Shown: positions 24,831 to 37,460 of the stretch, one piece after another
How the letters are laid out: each line of letters begins with the position of its first letter
Position numbering within the stretch: position 1 is the stretch's first letter
NCBI GenBank assembly: GCA_035221665.1
Contig: CM069156.1
Coordinates: forward strand, 20,460,001-20,524,000
DNA length: 64,000 nt
Direction of reading: 5' to 3'
Source of the DNA: Okamejei kenojei
Lineage: Eukaryota
Notes under the pieces: generated by a model
Seen by the model: only the letters and a program-made list of their open reading frames with translations
Databases searched by the model: none
What the model was told of the DNA's origin: nothing
Made by a program: the position numbers and the translations under genes

Positions 24831-25348
24831 AATAAAGTTTAATATTGATCCAACAACTAATTTGGTAACACATTTATATGATCATGTCAAAGCAAAAGAT
24901 ACACAAGGGTTATGAGAAATATGCAAAGTGGACATGGACTAGAACCACTGCCTGTAAAGGTGGTACAAAGTCATTCCGTGATTCTGAGGCACTTGAAAGA
25001 AAATGATGGTCTCATTGTATGCTGTAATCATTTAATGATTTATGATTTTAACTTTTGAAAAGTTCAAAATTATTTTTGCCAAAGCCTAGAATATAAACAG
25101 AAATTATTTAATAATCTGACTACAAACTATTGAGACAATAAGTATGATTAGCTCATGCCCATTTAATTGCATTGGTGTTAGCTGGTGGTAATGGTTGACT
25201 ATTGTGATCCTGCAGTAGCTACCTCAGTACAGTATTGTGCTAGCTACTTTGGATCAGGCCAGTCTATCAGTGCAGTTCTGGGTATTATGTGCTGTCTTGG
25301 TGCATTGCCTGCTATTTGAGACGGGTACACTCTTCTTTGCTACGGCAG

Positions 25349-25538
25349 TCACTTCTTTGTTGCTTCATTTGTCTTCTTTGAATCCTGCACTCCAATCTCA
25401 GCTTTAGTCTCGTAGGTAATAGGGATGGTGACCTCAGAAGACTGCAGAGCTGGTTTGACCATTGATGCTTCGACCGTTAGCACACCAGTGGGTGACAGTG
25501 TTGAAGAAACTATACCAGGGTCGATGCCTTGAGGGAGG
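25349..25538 (-). CDS. HSPB1: Heat shock protein beta-1 (HSP27), exon 3
   Basis: Acceptor CTTTTCTTCCCCTCCATTTCAG; encodes LPQGIDPGIVSSTLSPTGVLTVEASMVKPALQSSEVTIPITYETKAEIGVQDSKKTNEATKK* (end of alpha-crystallin domain plus IXI motif); TGA at 25351-25349; 190 nt. Confidence 0.96.
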
Positions 25539-25829
25539 CTGAAATGGAGGGGAAGAAAAGGTTAGACTGAACAATATTATTAAATGCATCAATAATAACT
25601 GCTCGCAACCAGGAATTGAGTGACAGACAACAAGGCCTTAAAATTAGATTTCCATCTAAGAATCAATCACTTTAATAATTACACCTTTAAGACAAATGTA
25701 ATACTTGTCCTAATGGGCAATTTTCTGTGCAGACACTAATTCTGATGGTCATGGATTGGACCAGACAATTTAATGTTAAATATAAATCATTACTCTTTTG
25801 TGCCAAGAGGGAATTTCTGGTGACATTTA

Positions 25830-26745
25830 TATTTAGATGAAGGGATTCAAAGTAACATTAGCAAATTTGCAGATGACAGAGGGAGGTAGTGTGAACTGTG
25901 ATGCTATGAGAATGCAGGGTGACTTGGACTGGTTGGGTGAGTGGGCAGATGCAGTTTCATGTGGATAAATGTGAGCTTAGCAAAAACAGGAAGGAAGATT
26001 ACTATCTAAATGGTGTCAAGTTGAGAAAAGGGGAAGTACAAAGGGATCTGGGGGTCCTTGTTCATCAGTCAATGAAAGTAAGCATGCAGGTACAGCAGGC
26101 AGTGAAGAAAGCTAATGGCATGTCGGCCTTTAGAACAAGAGGAGTTGAGTATAGGAGCAAAGAGGTCCTTCTGCAGTTGTATAGGGCCCTACTGAGACCA
26201 CACCTGGAGTATTATGTGCAGTTTTGGTCCCATAAATTGAGGAAGGACATTCTTGCTATTGAGGGAGTGCAGCATAGGTTTACAAGGTTAATTCCCGGGA
26301 TGGCGGGACTTTCAGATGCTGAGAGAATGGAGCGGCTGGGCTTGTATACTCTGGAATTTAGAAGATTGAGAAGGGATCTTAGTGAAACATATAAGATTAT
26401 TAAGGGTTTGGACATGCTAGAGGCAGGAAACATGTTCCCGATGTTGGGGGAGTCCAGAACCAGGGCAACAGTTTAAGAATAACGTGTACGCTATGTAGAA
26501 CGGAGGCGAGGAAACACTTTTTCTCACAGAGTTGTGAGTCTGTGGAATTCTCTGCCTCAGAGGGCGGTGGAGGTTAGTTCTCCGGAAACTTTCAAGAGAG
26601 AGCTAGATAGGGCTCTTAAAGATAGCGGAGTCAGGGGATATGGGGAGAAGGCAGGAACGGAGTACTGATTGGGGATGATCAGCTATGATCACATTGAATG
26701 GCTCGAAGGGCCGAATGGCCTACTCCTGCACCTATTGTCTATTGA
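25830..26745 (+). mobile_element. 5'-truncated CR1 LINE in HSPB1 intron 2, antisense to the gene
   Basis: ORF 25919-26476 (RDLGVLVHQSMK..YRALLRPHLEYYVQFWS); tail CTATTGTCTATTG. Confidence 0.92.
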
Positions 26746-28359
26746 AATAAAGCTATGCCACAACTAGTTGATTTAAAAAAAAACAATCAAAAACCCAGTA
26801 GCCTTCATTATAAATTGTGGACATTCTATATTGAGTAACGCACTATGAGGTTTCTCAAACAAGTCCGCGATAATGAAGAGTGTTTCTGCCAGTTTGTCAA
26901 CTGTCCAGCATCCTCAGATTGACACGGCAGTTTAAATAGTTGTACATAAAGTGTGGGAGAAATGTTTCCCACAACCCTCTCTCTTGTATACAACAGCAAA
27001 AAGTTGGTTGAAATGATCTGCAAAGCCAATGTAGAGGGGAAAGCATTAAGAAGAAATAGATAGAGATCTTAAAATGGAATTGGGGTACAAGTGAATAGGT
27101 AAAGCAAAAATCAACAATTCATTCGCTGGACTCAGTGGGGCTTTCGGCCTTCCACAAACAGCAACAGGGGACTTTTATTTTCAATGGCAGTTTTGGGAAC
27201 AACTGGTGCCTCCAAAGACCAGTATTGAGATCATTCTCTCTCAGATCTAATAAAGACACATACACATTGGACCACTTAAAAATTAAGTAGGGCTTAGTTA
27301 GAAATTGTTCGATGGGTGTTTATTCGATGGAAATGCAGCCACCGATTCTACTTTATGGCAGGGATTAGAAGGAAATGTGAGCTGGATATATTCACTTTGC
27401 AGGAACATCGGTGCTTTGAAATCAGAAATGAATGTAAATATTGCATGGATGTGCAAATTTATACCCACAAGAGTTTTCATGATCAAGGTGCTAGAAATGT
27501 AGAAGGTCATACTTTGTCTTGATTCTGTATCTTATTGTATTGCAAATTAAATGTAAAATATGGCCTGCAAAGCTCTTTTTGATAAAGCTGTAAAATACAC
27601 TGGAATGTAGAGATCTGAGGTGAACCTGGTCTATTGAATAAACTGTTATTGATAGTTGGTTTCATGTTTTCAGGATGAATGTAATGTAGTAATTACCAAT
27701 TGTTAATATTGCCTTTGCTGCAGACGTAAGATTTTAACTTGCAATAAAAGCACAATGACTGAAAAGCCAATCACTCAGAGATAAATTTATGATTTTAAGT
27801 CGATATATCTGTACTAAAGTAATCTGGTGATAAAGGAGTTGGGGATGACAGGAAGAAGACCAGTTTAAAGAGTCCATTGTTTAGGTGGAGATGGTTTGAC
27901 TGTGGGTCCAATCGACAGGGTGAGACATGTCAGAGCTATGGTCAGCTTCAGTACCTGGGGAAAGGAGTTGGGGGACAACAGACAGTCAGTGGTGTGGAAG
28001 AGGTGGTATCAATTCTACAGCCAGGATTAGGGGTCAGGGTGGTCATTGATCGTGGAGACGGTGAGCGTGGTTTGATGATGAGATGGTGGTCAGGTGAGCA
28101 GGCAGGCATTCAGTAGTAAGTGAGTCGACGGGATGGTGCATGGCAGCCTTGGCAGGTGTTGGGAACGTGAGAGTATGTGGGGGAATGGTGATTAGTTCCA
28201 GGGAGCAGTGTGGGTGGCTGGAGCCTATGGGAGAGCAGGGTGAGTATCACTTTTGAAGCACACCTACTCGTGCACCTCCCCATGCACCCTATGTCAGGCA
28301 AAAGCAGCCACGAAATTTGATAAATGCTTGTAATATGATTTATAAAATAATTCACTCAC

Positions 28360-28423
28360 AGATATTTTCGAGTAAAACATCTTGAAATGAAGCCATGTTC
28401 ATCTTGTCTCTCCTCATGTTTGC
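28360..28423 (-). CDS. HSPB1: Heat shock protein beta-1 (HSP27), exon 2
   Basis: Acceptor TTTGCAG, donor GTGAGT; 64 nt encoding (G)KHEERQDEHGFISRCFTRKY(L); phases join exons 1 and 3 in frame (391+64+190=645 nt). Confidence 0.97.
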
Positions 28424-28969
28424 CTGCAAAGGAGAATTATTGAACTAATTTTAGCTGTTAAAAAAAAGTTATAAAGACCATAGTCATAGAGCTATACAGC
28501 ATGTAGGGTGTATAGAAGGGTCTCGATCCAAAACGTCACCCATTCATTCGCTCCAGAGATGCTGCCTGTCCCGCTGAGTTACTCCAGCATTTTGTGACTA
28601 CCTGCAGCCTAACTCGTCCATACCGACCAAGTTGCCTAACTGTGCTAGCCCAAAATGCCTGCTCGTGGGCCATATTCCACCAAACCTTTCCTATTCTTAT
28701 AGTCATCCCAGTGCCTTTCAACTATCATGATTATACCCACCTCTACAACCTCTTCAGGCAGCTTATTCATTAAACTTTGTGTCAACCTGTTTCCCTGCTG
28801 GTCCATGCAGTGTCTTTGTTCTACAAGATCAGACATGGTAAATCACCATAATTCACAGGTAGTGCTAAATATTTTTTCCGTGAGCATATTCATTTATTGC
28901 AAGAGAATACTTCCCAGTATTAGCCGAAAATTAGACACTTGAAAATAAAACAAACTGTTTAAAACAAGT

Positions 28970-29490
28970 TATCATGAAATAGAACAACGAGCACCACAGC
29001 TAAAAGAACAGGACTTTCGGCTCACACCTTCTGTATACCGAACATTATGGCCAGTTAAACTCATCTCCTCTGCCTGCATGTGATCCATTCCCTGCATATC
29101 CATGTGCCTATCTAAAAGTCTCTTCAATGCAACTATTGAGTATGCTTCCCCCCTCTCCCGCCTCCCGGCAGTTTGTTCTAGGCACCCACCACTCTGTGTA
29201 AAAAAAATACTTGGCCTGCACATGCCCTTTAAACTATTTCCCTCTAACCTTACATATGCCTTCTAGACATTACCCTGTCTATGCCACTCATAATTTTATA
29301 CACGACTATAAGGTCATATCTTAACCTTCGACGTTCCAGAGAAAATAATCAAATTTTTGCCCAATCTCTCCTTATAGTTAACATCCTGTAATTCAGGAAG
29401 TATTCTGGTAAACTGCTTCTGCAGCCTCTCTACAACCTCCGTATCCTTTATTTAATGGGGTGACCAGAACTGCACAAAATACTTTAAATG
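28970..29490 (-). mobile_element. Decayed CR1 3' region in HSPB1 intron 1
   Basis: CR1 3' motifs (LKRLLDRHMDMQG; GACCAGAACTGCACAAAATACT). Confidence 0.6.
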
Positions 29491-30009
29491 CGTCCAAATA
29501 GTCTGGAGAAGAGTCCTGACCTGAAACATCGCCTATTCCTTTTGGATACAAGTTAAATAAATGTTGGCACATTCACTTGCTATTACTGAACTTTATTCCC
29601 CATGTGAGAAAAATATTGTTGTTCTACGGTGATACTGCAAGAAAAGATTATTACCGGACTTCACAGAATTCAGTAACAGCAATGGCACCCACGGTAGAGG
29701 TGTGTCAATTCAATAATACCAAGGGCTGGGCTGTTTCAGAAGGACACAGGGGTGATGTTATAATCTCATGATAGGCATTGTGTCGAACCTATGTTGTGTA
29801 GAGTAGACTTGGTGCTTTAGGCAGTGATGTTCAAATCCTACTGTTCCCAGGGTAAGCACTATTCCAACCCTACTGTGTTCATGTGGGAACTGTTCCAAAC
29901 CCATAGTGTACAAGACAAAGATCTCCCACTCCCATAGTCTACAATGTACAACGCGAGCCCCTGCATTGTCGTGTTTTAGACCCACTGCCAGCTTTACTGC
30001 AGAATGGGA

Positions 30010-30350
30010 ATCTCCATATTGTCTAGACCCGGCAAGGGTGGATTGCCATGAGCGGGGACAGGGTGGGGGTGGAGGGGGGGAGACCAGAGGAGGACTCGGC
30101 GATGGGGGAGAACAAAGGAGGTGCCGGCATGGGTGAACTGCCGTGAAGATGGTTGGGGGGGGGGGGGGGGGGGGGGGGGGGAGAGCAAAGGAGGGCCTGG
30201 TGCGGGATACTTTACCAATACCCTTTATGTGGTGACTATTTGCATACCTTGGATATTTCTCCATATCTTCGAGAATTTCACTGTGACTTGTCACATTTGA
30301 CAATAAAGTATTAATTAATTCATCACATTCCATTCCACAATACATTCCAA
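30010..30350 (+). mobile_element. Non-autonomous retroposon fragment with G-run and Rex1-like tail
   Basis: ATTTCACTGTGACTTGTCACATTTGACAATAAA followed by (CATTC)n; G homopolymer at about 30154-30181. Confidence 0.4.
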
Positions 30351-30827
30351 GCGTTAGTTTTCAGTCAGCACCACTCACCCCAACAGAACAGAATGGAATA
30401 TTCCCAGTGCTTAGATTTTAATATCATTGTGATTTAAATGTTTTTGTTTAATTTGTCCAATTGCCTTGTTCCAGATGTTTTGGATCAGATGGGGAGTCAA
30501 GTTAACCAGATCACAATGTTACTGATTGAGAGATGAACACAACGCAGAGGTGAACCCCTCAACAGGCACAGGTAATCATTTTAGTTTTTTTTTAAATTTT
30601 GAACTATTATTCTTAAGTTATTTTTTGAATATTTGTGCCAATTACCGATAAAGAATAGGGTAAGGTTCTAATTTAAGTTATTGTTCATAACATTTCTCGC
30701 TTAGAATACATACTAAGAATACATACTAAACACAATGACAATTGAGTTCCAGCAAGACGGTGCATGGACATCAATGCAGACGGAGTAAATATCACCCAAA
30801 TGGTCACCCCGGGAAGAATTAGATGGG

Positions 30828-30925
30828 AGATAGACACAGAATGCTGGAGTAACTCAGCGGGGCAGGCAGTATCTCTTACTCCAGCATTTTGGTGTAAACC
30901 AGCATCTGCAGTTCCTTCCCACACA
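30828..30925. mobile_element. Short fold-back Penelope-like fragment about 50 nt inside HSPB1 intron 1
   Basis: ATGCTGGAGTAA ... TTACTCCAGCAT inverted pair, then AAACCAGCATCTGCAGTTCCTTCC. Confidence 0.65.
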
Positions 30926-30973
30926 CTAGTTAGATGGGGTTGAAGTTGCCCGCTGTTAGCGGCGCTTGCCTAC

Positions 30974-31364
30974 CGTTGATCTCCACATATCCATCCTTGG
31001 TTTTGACAGTGATCTCCTCGGGAGCGAATTGGTTGACATCCAAGTTGACCCTCCACTTGTCCGAGGTGACTTTGATTTCCGAGATGCCGGTGCTCTGCTG
31101 GCGGCTGAGAGCAGCGGCGGCGGTGGGCGCTGGACTTTGCACCAGCGGTTCCGCCGCCGCCGCCGCCGCCGGGGCCCTGGCACCAACTGCAGGGAAGGGG
31201 CGAAGGTAACCCGGCCACATGCCCTGCCAGTCCGCGCCCCAGTCGCAGCCCAAAGCCGGCATGCCGAATGACTGGTCGAAAAGCCGGCTGGGGTAGTGCC
31301 AGTCCCGGAAAGGGTCCCAGCTGGGGCTGCGCAAGAAGCTGAAGGGAATCCGCCGCTCGGACAT
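30974..31364 (-). CDS. HSPB1: Heat shock protein beta-1 (HSP27), exon 1
   Basis: [72 protein letters not shown](G); donor G|GTAGGC at 30973; CpG-rich. Confidence 0.97.
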
Positions 31365-31431
31365 GCCTGGAATTGGAGGTGGGCGCAGGGCTGGGCAGCA
31401 AGGCGTGCTCGGCGCTGGTCAGGACCGGGCT

Positions 31432-31545
31432 CTTATATATCTGCTGCCTGGTCTATAAATGGAACAGGTGCCCCAGTATAGGGGAACAGTCATTGTTGTG
31501 GAATGCGACCGGCTTCCAGAGCCTTCACACTGGGAAGCTTCCAGT
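31432..31545 (-). promoter_or_regulatory. HSPB1 proximal promoter: TATA box and heat-shock elements
   Basis: TATATAAG on minus at 31439-31432; HSE-like cTTCc-aGAGc-cTTCa at 31513-31527 and gGAAg-cTTCc at 31533-31542. Confidence 0.7.
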
Positions 31546-31555
31546 GCCCTTTAAT

Positions 31556-31677
31556 TGTGTAGGAAAGGAGAGGGAACCGAACAGCAAGGGTAGACACAAA
31601 ATGCTGGAGTAAGTCAGCGGGACAGGCAGCACCACTAGAGAGAAGGAATGGGTGACGTTTCGGGTTTAAACCAGCAT
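31556..31677 (-). mobile_element. Penelope-like terminal fragment bounding the HSPB1 promoter
   Basis: GGTAGACACAAAATGCTGGAGTAA...GAATGGGTGACGTTTCGGGT. Confidence 0.65.
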
Positions 31678-31829
31678 AGAGGCACGGTCATAGAGTGATG
31701 ATACAGTGTGGAAACAGGCCCTTCGGCCAACATGTCCCAGTGTTAAATCCAAGGAAAAGGCATATACATTGGCCAGAGGAAACAGCAAACCAGAGGACCG
31801 GGAGAAATTTAGAACTCAACAGACGAGGA

Positions 31830-33615
31830 CAGTTTAATGTGGAGAAATGTGAGGTAGCACAAACTTTGGTAGCAAAAACAGGAAGGCAGATTATTATCTA
31901 AACGGTGTCAAGTTGGGAAAAGGGGAAGTACAACGGTATCTGGGGGTTCTTGTTCATAAGTCAATTAAAGTAAGCATGCAGGTACAGCAGGCAGTGAACA
32001 TTAGTGAATGGCATGTTGGCCTTCATAACAACGGGAGTTGAGTATAGGAGCAAAGAGGTCCTTCTGCAGTTGTACAGGGCCCTAGTGAGACCACACCTGA
32101 AGTATCGTGGATGCATTGGTAATCATTTTCCAATGTTCTCTCGACTCTGGATCAGGTCCTGTGGACTGGAGGATAGCCAATGTAACCCCACTTTTTAAAG
32201 AAAGGATGGAGAGAGAAAACAGGGAATTATAAACCAGACAGCCTTACATCGGTAGTGGGGAAGATGCTTGAGTCGATTGTCAAAGATGTTATAGCAGCGC
32301 AGTTGGAAAGCAGTGACAGGATCGGTCAAAGTCAGCATGGATTTATGATGGGGAAATGAAGCTTGACTAATCTTCTGGATTTTTTTGAAGATGTACCAGT
32401 ATAATGGATAAGGAAAAACCAGTGGATGTGGTGCATCTGGACTTTCAAAAAACCTTTGACAAGGTCCCACACAAGAGATTAGTGTGCAAAATTGGAGCAC
32501 ATGGCATTGGGGGTAGGGTATTGATATGGATAGAGAACTGGTTGGCAGACAGGAAGCAAAGGGTAGGAATTTGCAGGTCCTTTTCAGAATGGCAGGCAGT
32601 GACTAGTAGGGTGCCGCAAGGCTCGGTGCAGGGACCCCAGTTATTTACAATATATATTAACGATTTAGGCGAGGGAATTAAATGTAACATCTCCAATGTT
32701 TGTAGATTGCACAAAGCTGGGTGTGAGCTGCGAAGATGATGCTATGAGGCTGCAGGGTGACTTGAATAGGTTGGGTGAGTGGGCAGATGCTGGGCAGATT
32801 CAGTATAATGTGGATAAATGTGAGGTTATTCACTTTGATGGCAAGAACAGGAAGGCAGATTATTATCTGAATGGTGTCAGATTAGGAAAACGGGAGGGGC
32901 AAGAGACCTGGATGTGATTGTACATCAGTCACTGAAAGTAAGCATGCAGGTATAGAAGGCAGTGAAGGAAGCTAATGGTATATTGACCTACATTGAAAGT
33001 GGATTTGAGTTTAGGAGCAAGGAGGTCCTACTGCAGCTGTACAGGGCCCTGGTGAGACCGCACCTGGAGTATTGTGTGCAATTTTGGTCTCCTAATTTGA
33101 GGAAGGACATTAATGCTATTGAGGGAGCGTAGCGTAGGTTTCACCAGGTTAATTTCCGGGATAGCTGGACTGGCATATGATGAAAGAATGGGTCGACTGT
33201 GCTTGCATTCATTGGAATTCAGATGGATGAGAGGGGATCTTATAGAAACATATAACATTCTTAAAAGATTGGACAGGCTCAATGCAGGAAAAGTGTTCCG
33301 GATGATGGGAGAGTCCAGAACAGTTTGATAATAAGAGATAGGCTATTTAGGATAGATGAGGAAAAACTTCTTCACCCAGAGAGTTGTGAATCTGTGCAAT
33401 TATCTGCCACAGAAGGCAGGGGAGGCCAATTCACTGGATGTTTTCAAGAGAGAGTTAGATTTAGGTCTTAGGGCTTAAAGAATCAAGGGATATGGGGAAA
33501 AAGTAGGAATGGGGTACTGATTTTAGATGATCAGCCATGATTATATTGAATGGCAGTGCTGGCTCGAAGGGCCAAATGCCCTGCTCCTGCACCTAATTTT
33601 CTATGTTTCTATGTT
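31830..33615 (+). mobile_element. CR1-type LINE, composite with a duplicated RT segment
   Basis: VDVVHLDFQKTFDKVPH..VPQGSVQGPQLFTIYIND; 31830-32105 repeats the region at about 32790-33075; tail (TTTCTATG)2. Confidence 0.9.
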
Positions 33616-34069
33616 TACATTAGTCCCACCTGCCTGCGTTTATTCCATATCCCTCCAAACTTGTCCTATACCATGTACCTGTCTAACTATTTCTTAAACA
33701 ACATCTGCAGTTTCTTCCTCCATGATAAGCTAGGGGGTATTCCATAGGCACTGTGCACTATATTTATCCATTGATCTCTATAGCTTTTAGTAAGACAGTA
33801 TATCTAACTCCATCTTAAATAAAAGTAATAATTTGATTTCAATTGTCTTTTGTGCTGGAGAATTCCACATGTTCACCACTCTTTGGGAAATACATTCCTT
33901 CTTATTTCAGGCCTATCCTGTATCTTTAGGCTCAGACCCCTAGTTTTGATCTTTCCTGCATCTAGCCTGATCCAGTTAGGATTTTATAAGTTTCAACGGG
34001 GTTACGTCTTAATCTTTGTAAATTCTAGTCTCTATTGTGAACTTGTTCCAAATGTCCCTGAATGTGGTC

Positions 34070-34370
34070 AGAGAATCACATAGCTTGGAAATAGATTCTT
34101 CAGCCCAGTCCATAGCACCAACAAACACATTTACTCTAATCCCATCAACCCTCCTCCAGATTCTGCCACTTATCTCTACACACAAGGGGCAACTAACAAT
34201 GATCAATTAACCTACCAACATTCAAGTCTTCAGGATGTGGGAGGAAAAGAGAGCACCTGGAGGAAACCCATGCAATCATTGCGTAACATACAGACTTCAC
34301 GCAGACAACTCCAGAGTTGTGATTGAACCCGGGTTGCTGGAGCTGTGAAGCAGCATCATCGCTATGCCAC
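34070..34370 (-). mobile_element. V-SINE/HE1-like SINE
   Basis: GTGGGAGGAAAAGAGAGCACCTGGAGGAAACCCA and GATTGAACCCGGG (box B on minus). Confidence 0.6.
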
Positions 34371-34429
34371 CCCCCCCTATACCATGTGCCATACCCTTGT
34401 GGATGCTAGGCCAGTCATCCCAGTCTTTC

Positions 34430-35750
34430 TTCATGTGGCCGTCCAGGAATCAGTCTGGTGAACCCGGCCTGTCCTCCTTCCTCAGACAAAGGAACTAAAA
34501 CAGCACAGAGTACTCAGGTGTGTTCTCACTAAGGACCTCCCTGTTCCTCTATTGAAATCCTCTAATTTTGAAGATCAACATACCATTTTCCACCTTAATT
34601 GCTTCCTGCACCTACACTCTTACTTTAATCAACAGGTGCACAAGAATACCTGGTTTCGCTGCACCTTTCCCAATCTCCCCACATTCAGATAATCTACCTT
34701 CCTGGATAACCTCACATTTATTCATGTTATGCTACAACTGCCATGCATTCATTCACTCAAACTGGTCTAGATCATGTTTAAGCTTCTCTGCATCTCCCTT
34801 ACAGTGCACCCTCCTATCCAGCTTTATATGATCTGCAAACTTGCCCATAGTCCTGTACTTTAAGTTTGTGCACTTATATCTTGGACTGGAATTTATTGAG
34901 AGTCCATATATAAATACACCCAATGTTTTCCACAATCCAACTAGCCATATCCTTAAAAATCAGCAGTAAACTTGTCCAATGTGATGTCCCATTCGCAAAA
35001 TTATGCTGAATTGTCACTGCTTAGCAAATTCTATGTCATAATGGACTCTTTGCTTTTATCACAATTGATTTCAGACTAATCAGACACTACTTTCCATTTT
35101 AAACAATGGGGCTACATAACTGGAACTAACTTGGAAACTAGGAATTGTTGGAAAATAATGACCAATGCATCCACTACTGAGACCCACTTCTTTATGTATT
35201 GTGAGATGCAGATTATCAGACTTAGGGGATATATTACGCTTCAATCCCATCTATTTCTTTAACATTGTTTTCCAATGAACACAAATTTCCTATCTGTTCC
35301 ATAGAAAATAACTCCCACCTAATTGGTCTCTCCTTATGACAATAATTCTCCAACCCATCAGCAGCATCGTAAATCTCCTTTGCACTCTTGCCAATACTGC
35401 CTCGTACTCCCCGCAGTGTGATGCCCAGAAATGAACATTGTGTTCTAACTAGTGTTATATACAGTTCCAACATGATGGAATTTGAGCTGGGGAGGCTAGC
35501 TTCGGCATAAGCGATTGGCCACTTGAGGCTAAATTGAGAAATGGCTTTTTTGCTGAAGGTTGAAAATGGATGAATTCTGTACTTCGGAGGGTTTTGGATG
35601 CTCAGCCATGAAAATATTCAAGGCTGAAATTCATAAGCTGTTGTACACTAAATAAATCAAGAATTATGAAGGTTGAGAAATCAGTGGATCAGAGGTAGAG
35701 AACTGCGAGTGAATTTGAGTGGTGGATCAGCTTTGTGGAGTCCTAACTTC
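34430..35750. mobile_element. Several decayed CR1 fragments, mostly minus strand
   Basis: KFADHIKL..LKHDLDQ and LELYITLVRTQ motifs. Confidence 0.55.
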
Positions 35751-36429
35751 TACCTCTAGAAACAAGGAACTGCAGATGCTGAGTCATTAATAAAAAGATA
35801 CAAAGTGCTGGAATAAGTCAACAGGTCAGGTACCATCTCTGAAGAACATGGATAGATAACTTTTTGACTCAGGACCCTTTTTCAGATGCTTTACTTATGA
35901 TGTTTGTTTATCACCTTTGAGCAGGTGCAATCAATATGCTATCAATATTTTAAAAGAATTGTATTCTGAACATAGGGTATCATCTCATACTTATGTCAAC
36001 ACAGAAACAAACCATTCAACCCTTCAGGTCCACGGCAATTGCCAAGGGTCCAATCCAGTCCCATTTCTTTCCTGTTTACCTGTCTCACTGCAATTTATTC
36101 TCTCACCATGCCCAGCAATTCTCCTTTGATTCTATTTTGGTTTTAGTTTTAATCTATATGAAGGGTAATTTACAGTTGCCAATTAACCTATCATATAAAA
36201 TGACAGTTGTCACAACTGAAATTGGAACTTTTGTAAACTCCGTCAGAACAGAAATCTCAACAGAGACAGGAAGAGCTAAACATAACACTGTTTTTTGAAT
36301 GATAGTATGTTTAATGAAGGATGCATTTCCTTGCCCCACGTTTCCATTCCTTCTCAAAGATTTGTTAGAAAGATTTCTATTTTTATTTATTTATCAGAAT
36401 GCTGTCATCGCTTGCTAGTTGAGCAGCGG

Positions 36430-37460
36430 TGTTGAAGGGATGGATTTTTAAAACATCGCAGCATCAGGTTGATGGTGCTAACACACTTATTGGAAAGTAA
36501 CTTCCAGTATGTGGACTCGGATGATAATGAAAGCAGAGCAAAATATATTCCAAAGCAGGATGCTGTGTGCATTGTTGGAAATCTGCAGGTGATCATACGT
36601 CTCTTGTGTCCTTCTTGATGGTAAAGGTGATGGTTTTTTAAAGATATTGTTAAACTCTCTTATCTGAATAATGGCAGTAGAGTTTGTAAATGGACACGTG
36701 ACATCCTGGTTCAGGGTAGCAGTAATGAAACTTCAGGATGATGGATGGGATAGCAATCATGTAGGCTGCTTTGTCTTGAATATTGCCGAGTATCCTGAAT
36801 GTTGAGTGTTGAATTTCACACTTTCACGTAGACAAAACACAACTTTCACGTAAGTGATGAATATTCCATCACGCTCCTGATCTGTGCTTTGTTGAGTCAG
36901 GAGTTCAGTTATTTACTGCAGGTTATCAGGATCCTGATCTGCTTCTATGTGTGGGAGGTCCAGCTGACTATGTGGTCAATAATGACCCCAATATATTGAT
37001 GGTGGAAGACCATGCGGTGGTAATGCCATTGAATGTTCAAGAATAGACAGTTGGATTCTACCTTGTTGGTGATGGTTGTTGTCTGCTACTGATGGCATAA
37101 ACATACATGCCACTTACCCACACGTGTCCTAGTCTTGTCTAGGTCTTACTGCAGGCGCGCATTGAGTACATTCTTTTCTGAGGAGTCATGAATGGAGTTC
37201 AACATGGATTAATTGCCTTTAAATTTCTCCAACTCGAACCTTACAATGGCCAGAAGGTTGCTGATGACGCAAGCGAAGCTGGTTGGGTTTAGGTCGTGGT
37301 GCCGGGAGCATTGGCAGTGACGTTCTGGGGCTGCGACAATTGACTTCCACCGAGCACAACTACTTTTTGTGCCACGTTCGACTTTCCACATTGGAATGTT
37401 TTATCCTTCATGGTCATTGATTTCAGTTTTACCAGGAGCCCTTGGTGTCGTATATACTGG
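36430..37460 (-). mobile_element. Decayed CR1/L2-group LINE RT fragment
   Basis: Minus strand aligns by eye to the RT region QRKxVVxxGGQSSQPQD..PTxFxCxIxDL..QxDLD. Confidence 0.5.

Noticed and set aside
29758-30345. 195-aa proline-rich ORF, and similar ORFs at 38060, 46446 and 61044
   Set aside because: Poly-Pro and poly-Gly come from G/C homopolymer runs in repeats; run lengths may also be unreliable
30326-30349. Triple CATTCC (M-CAT/TEAD) intronic enhancer
   Set aside because: Lies right after the AATAAA of a retroposon and is better explained as its (CATTC)n tail
30930-30973. ORF-track C-terminus [13 protein letters not shown] of the 144-aa HSPB1 ORF
   Set aside because: Intron read-through; splicing at 30974 restores the alpha-crystallin domain
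30934-31401. Overlapping and antisense ORFs over HSPB1 exon 1
   Set aside because: Expected from stop-codon scarcity in GC-rich sequence; no recognisable protein
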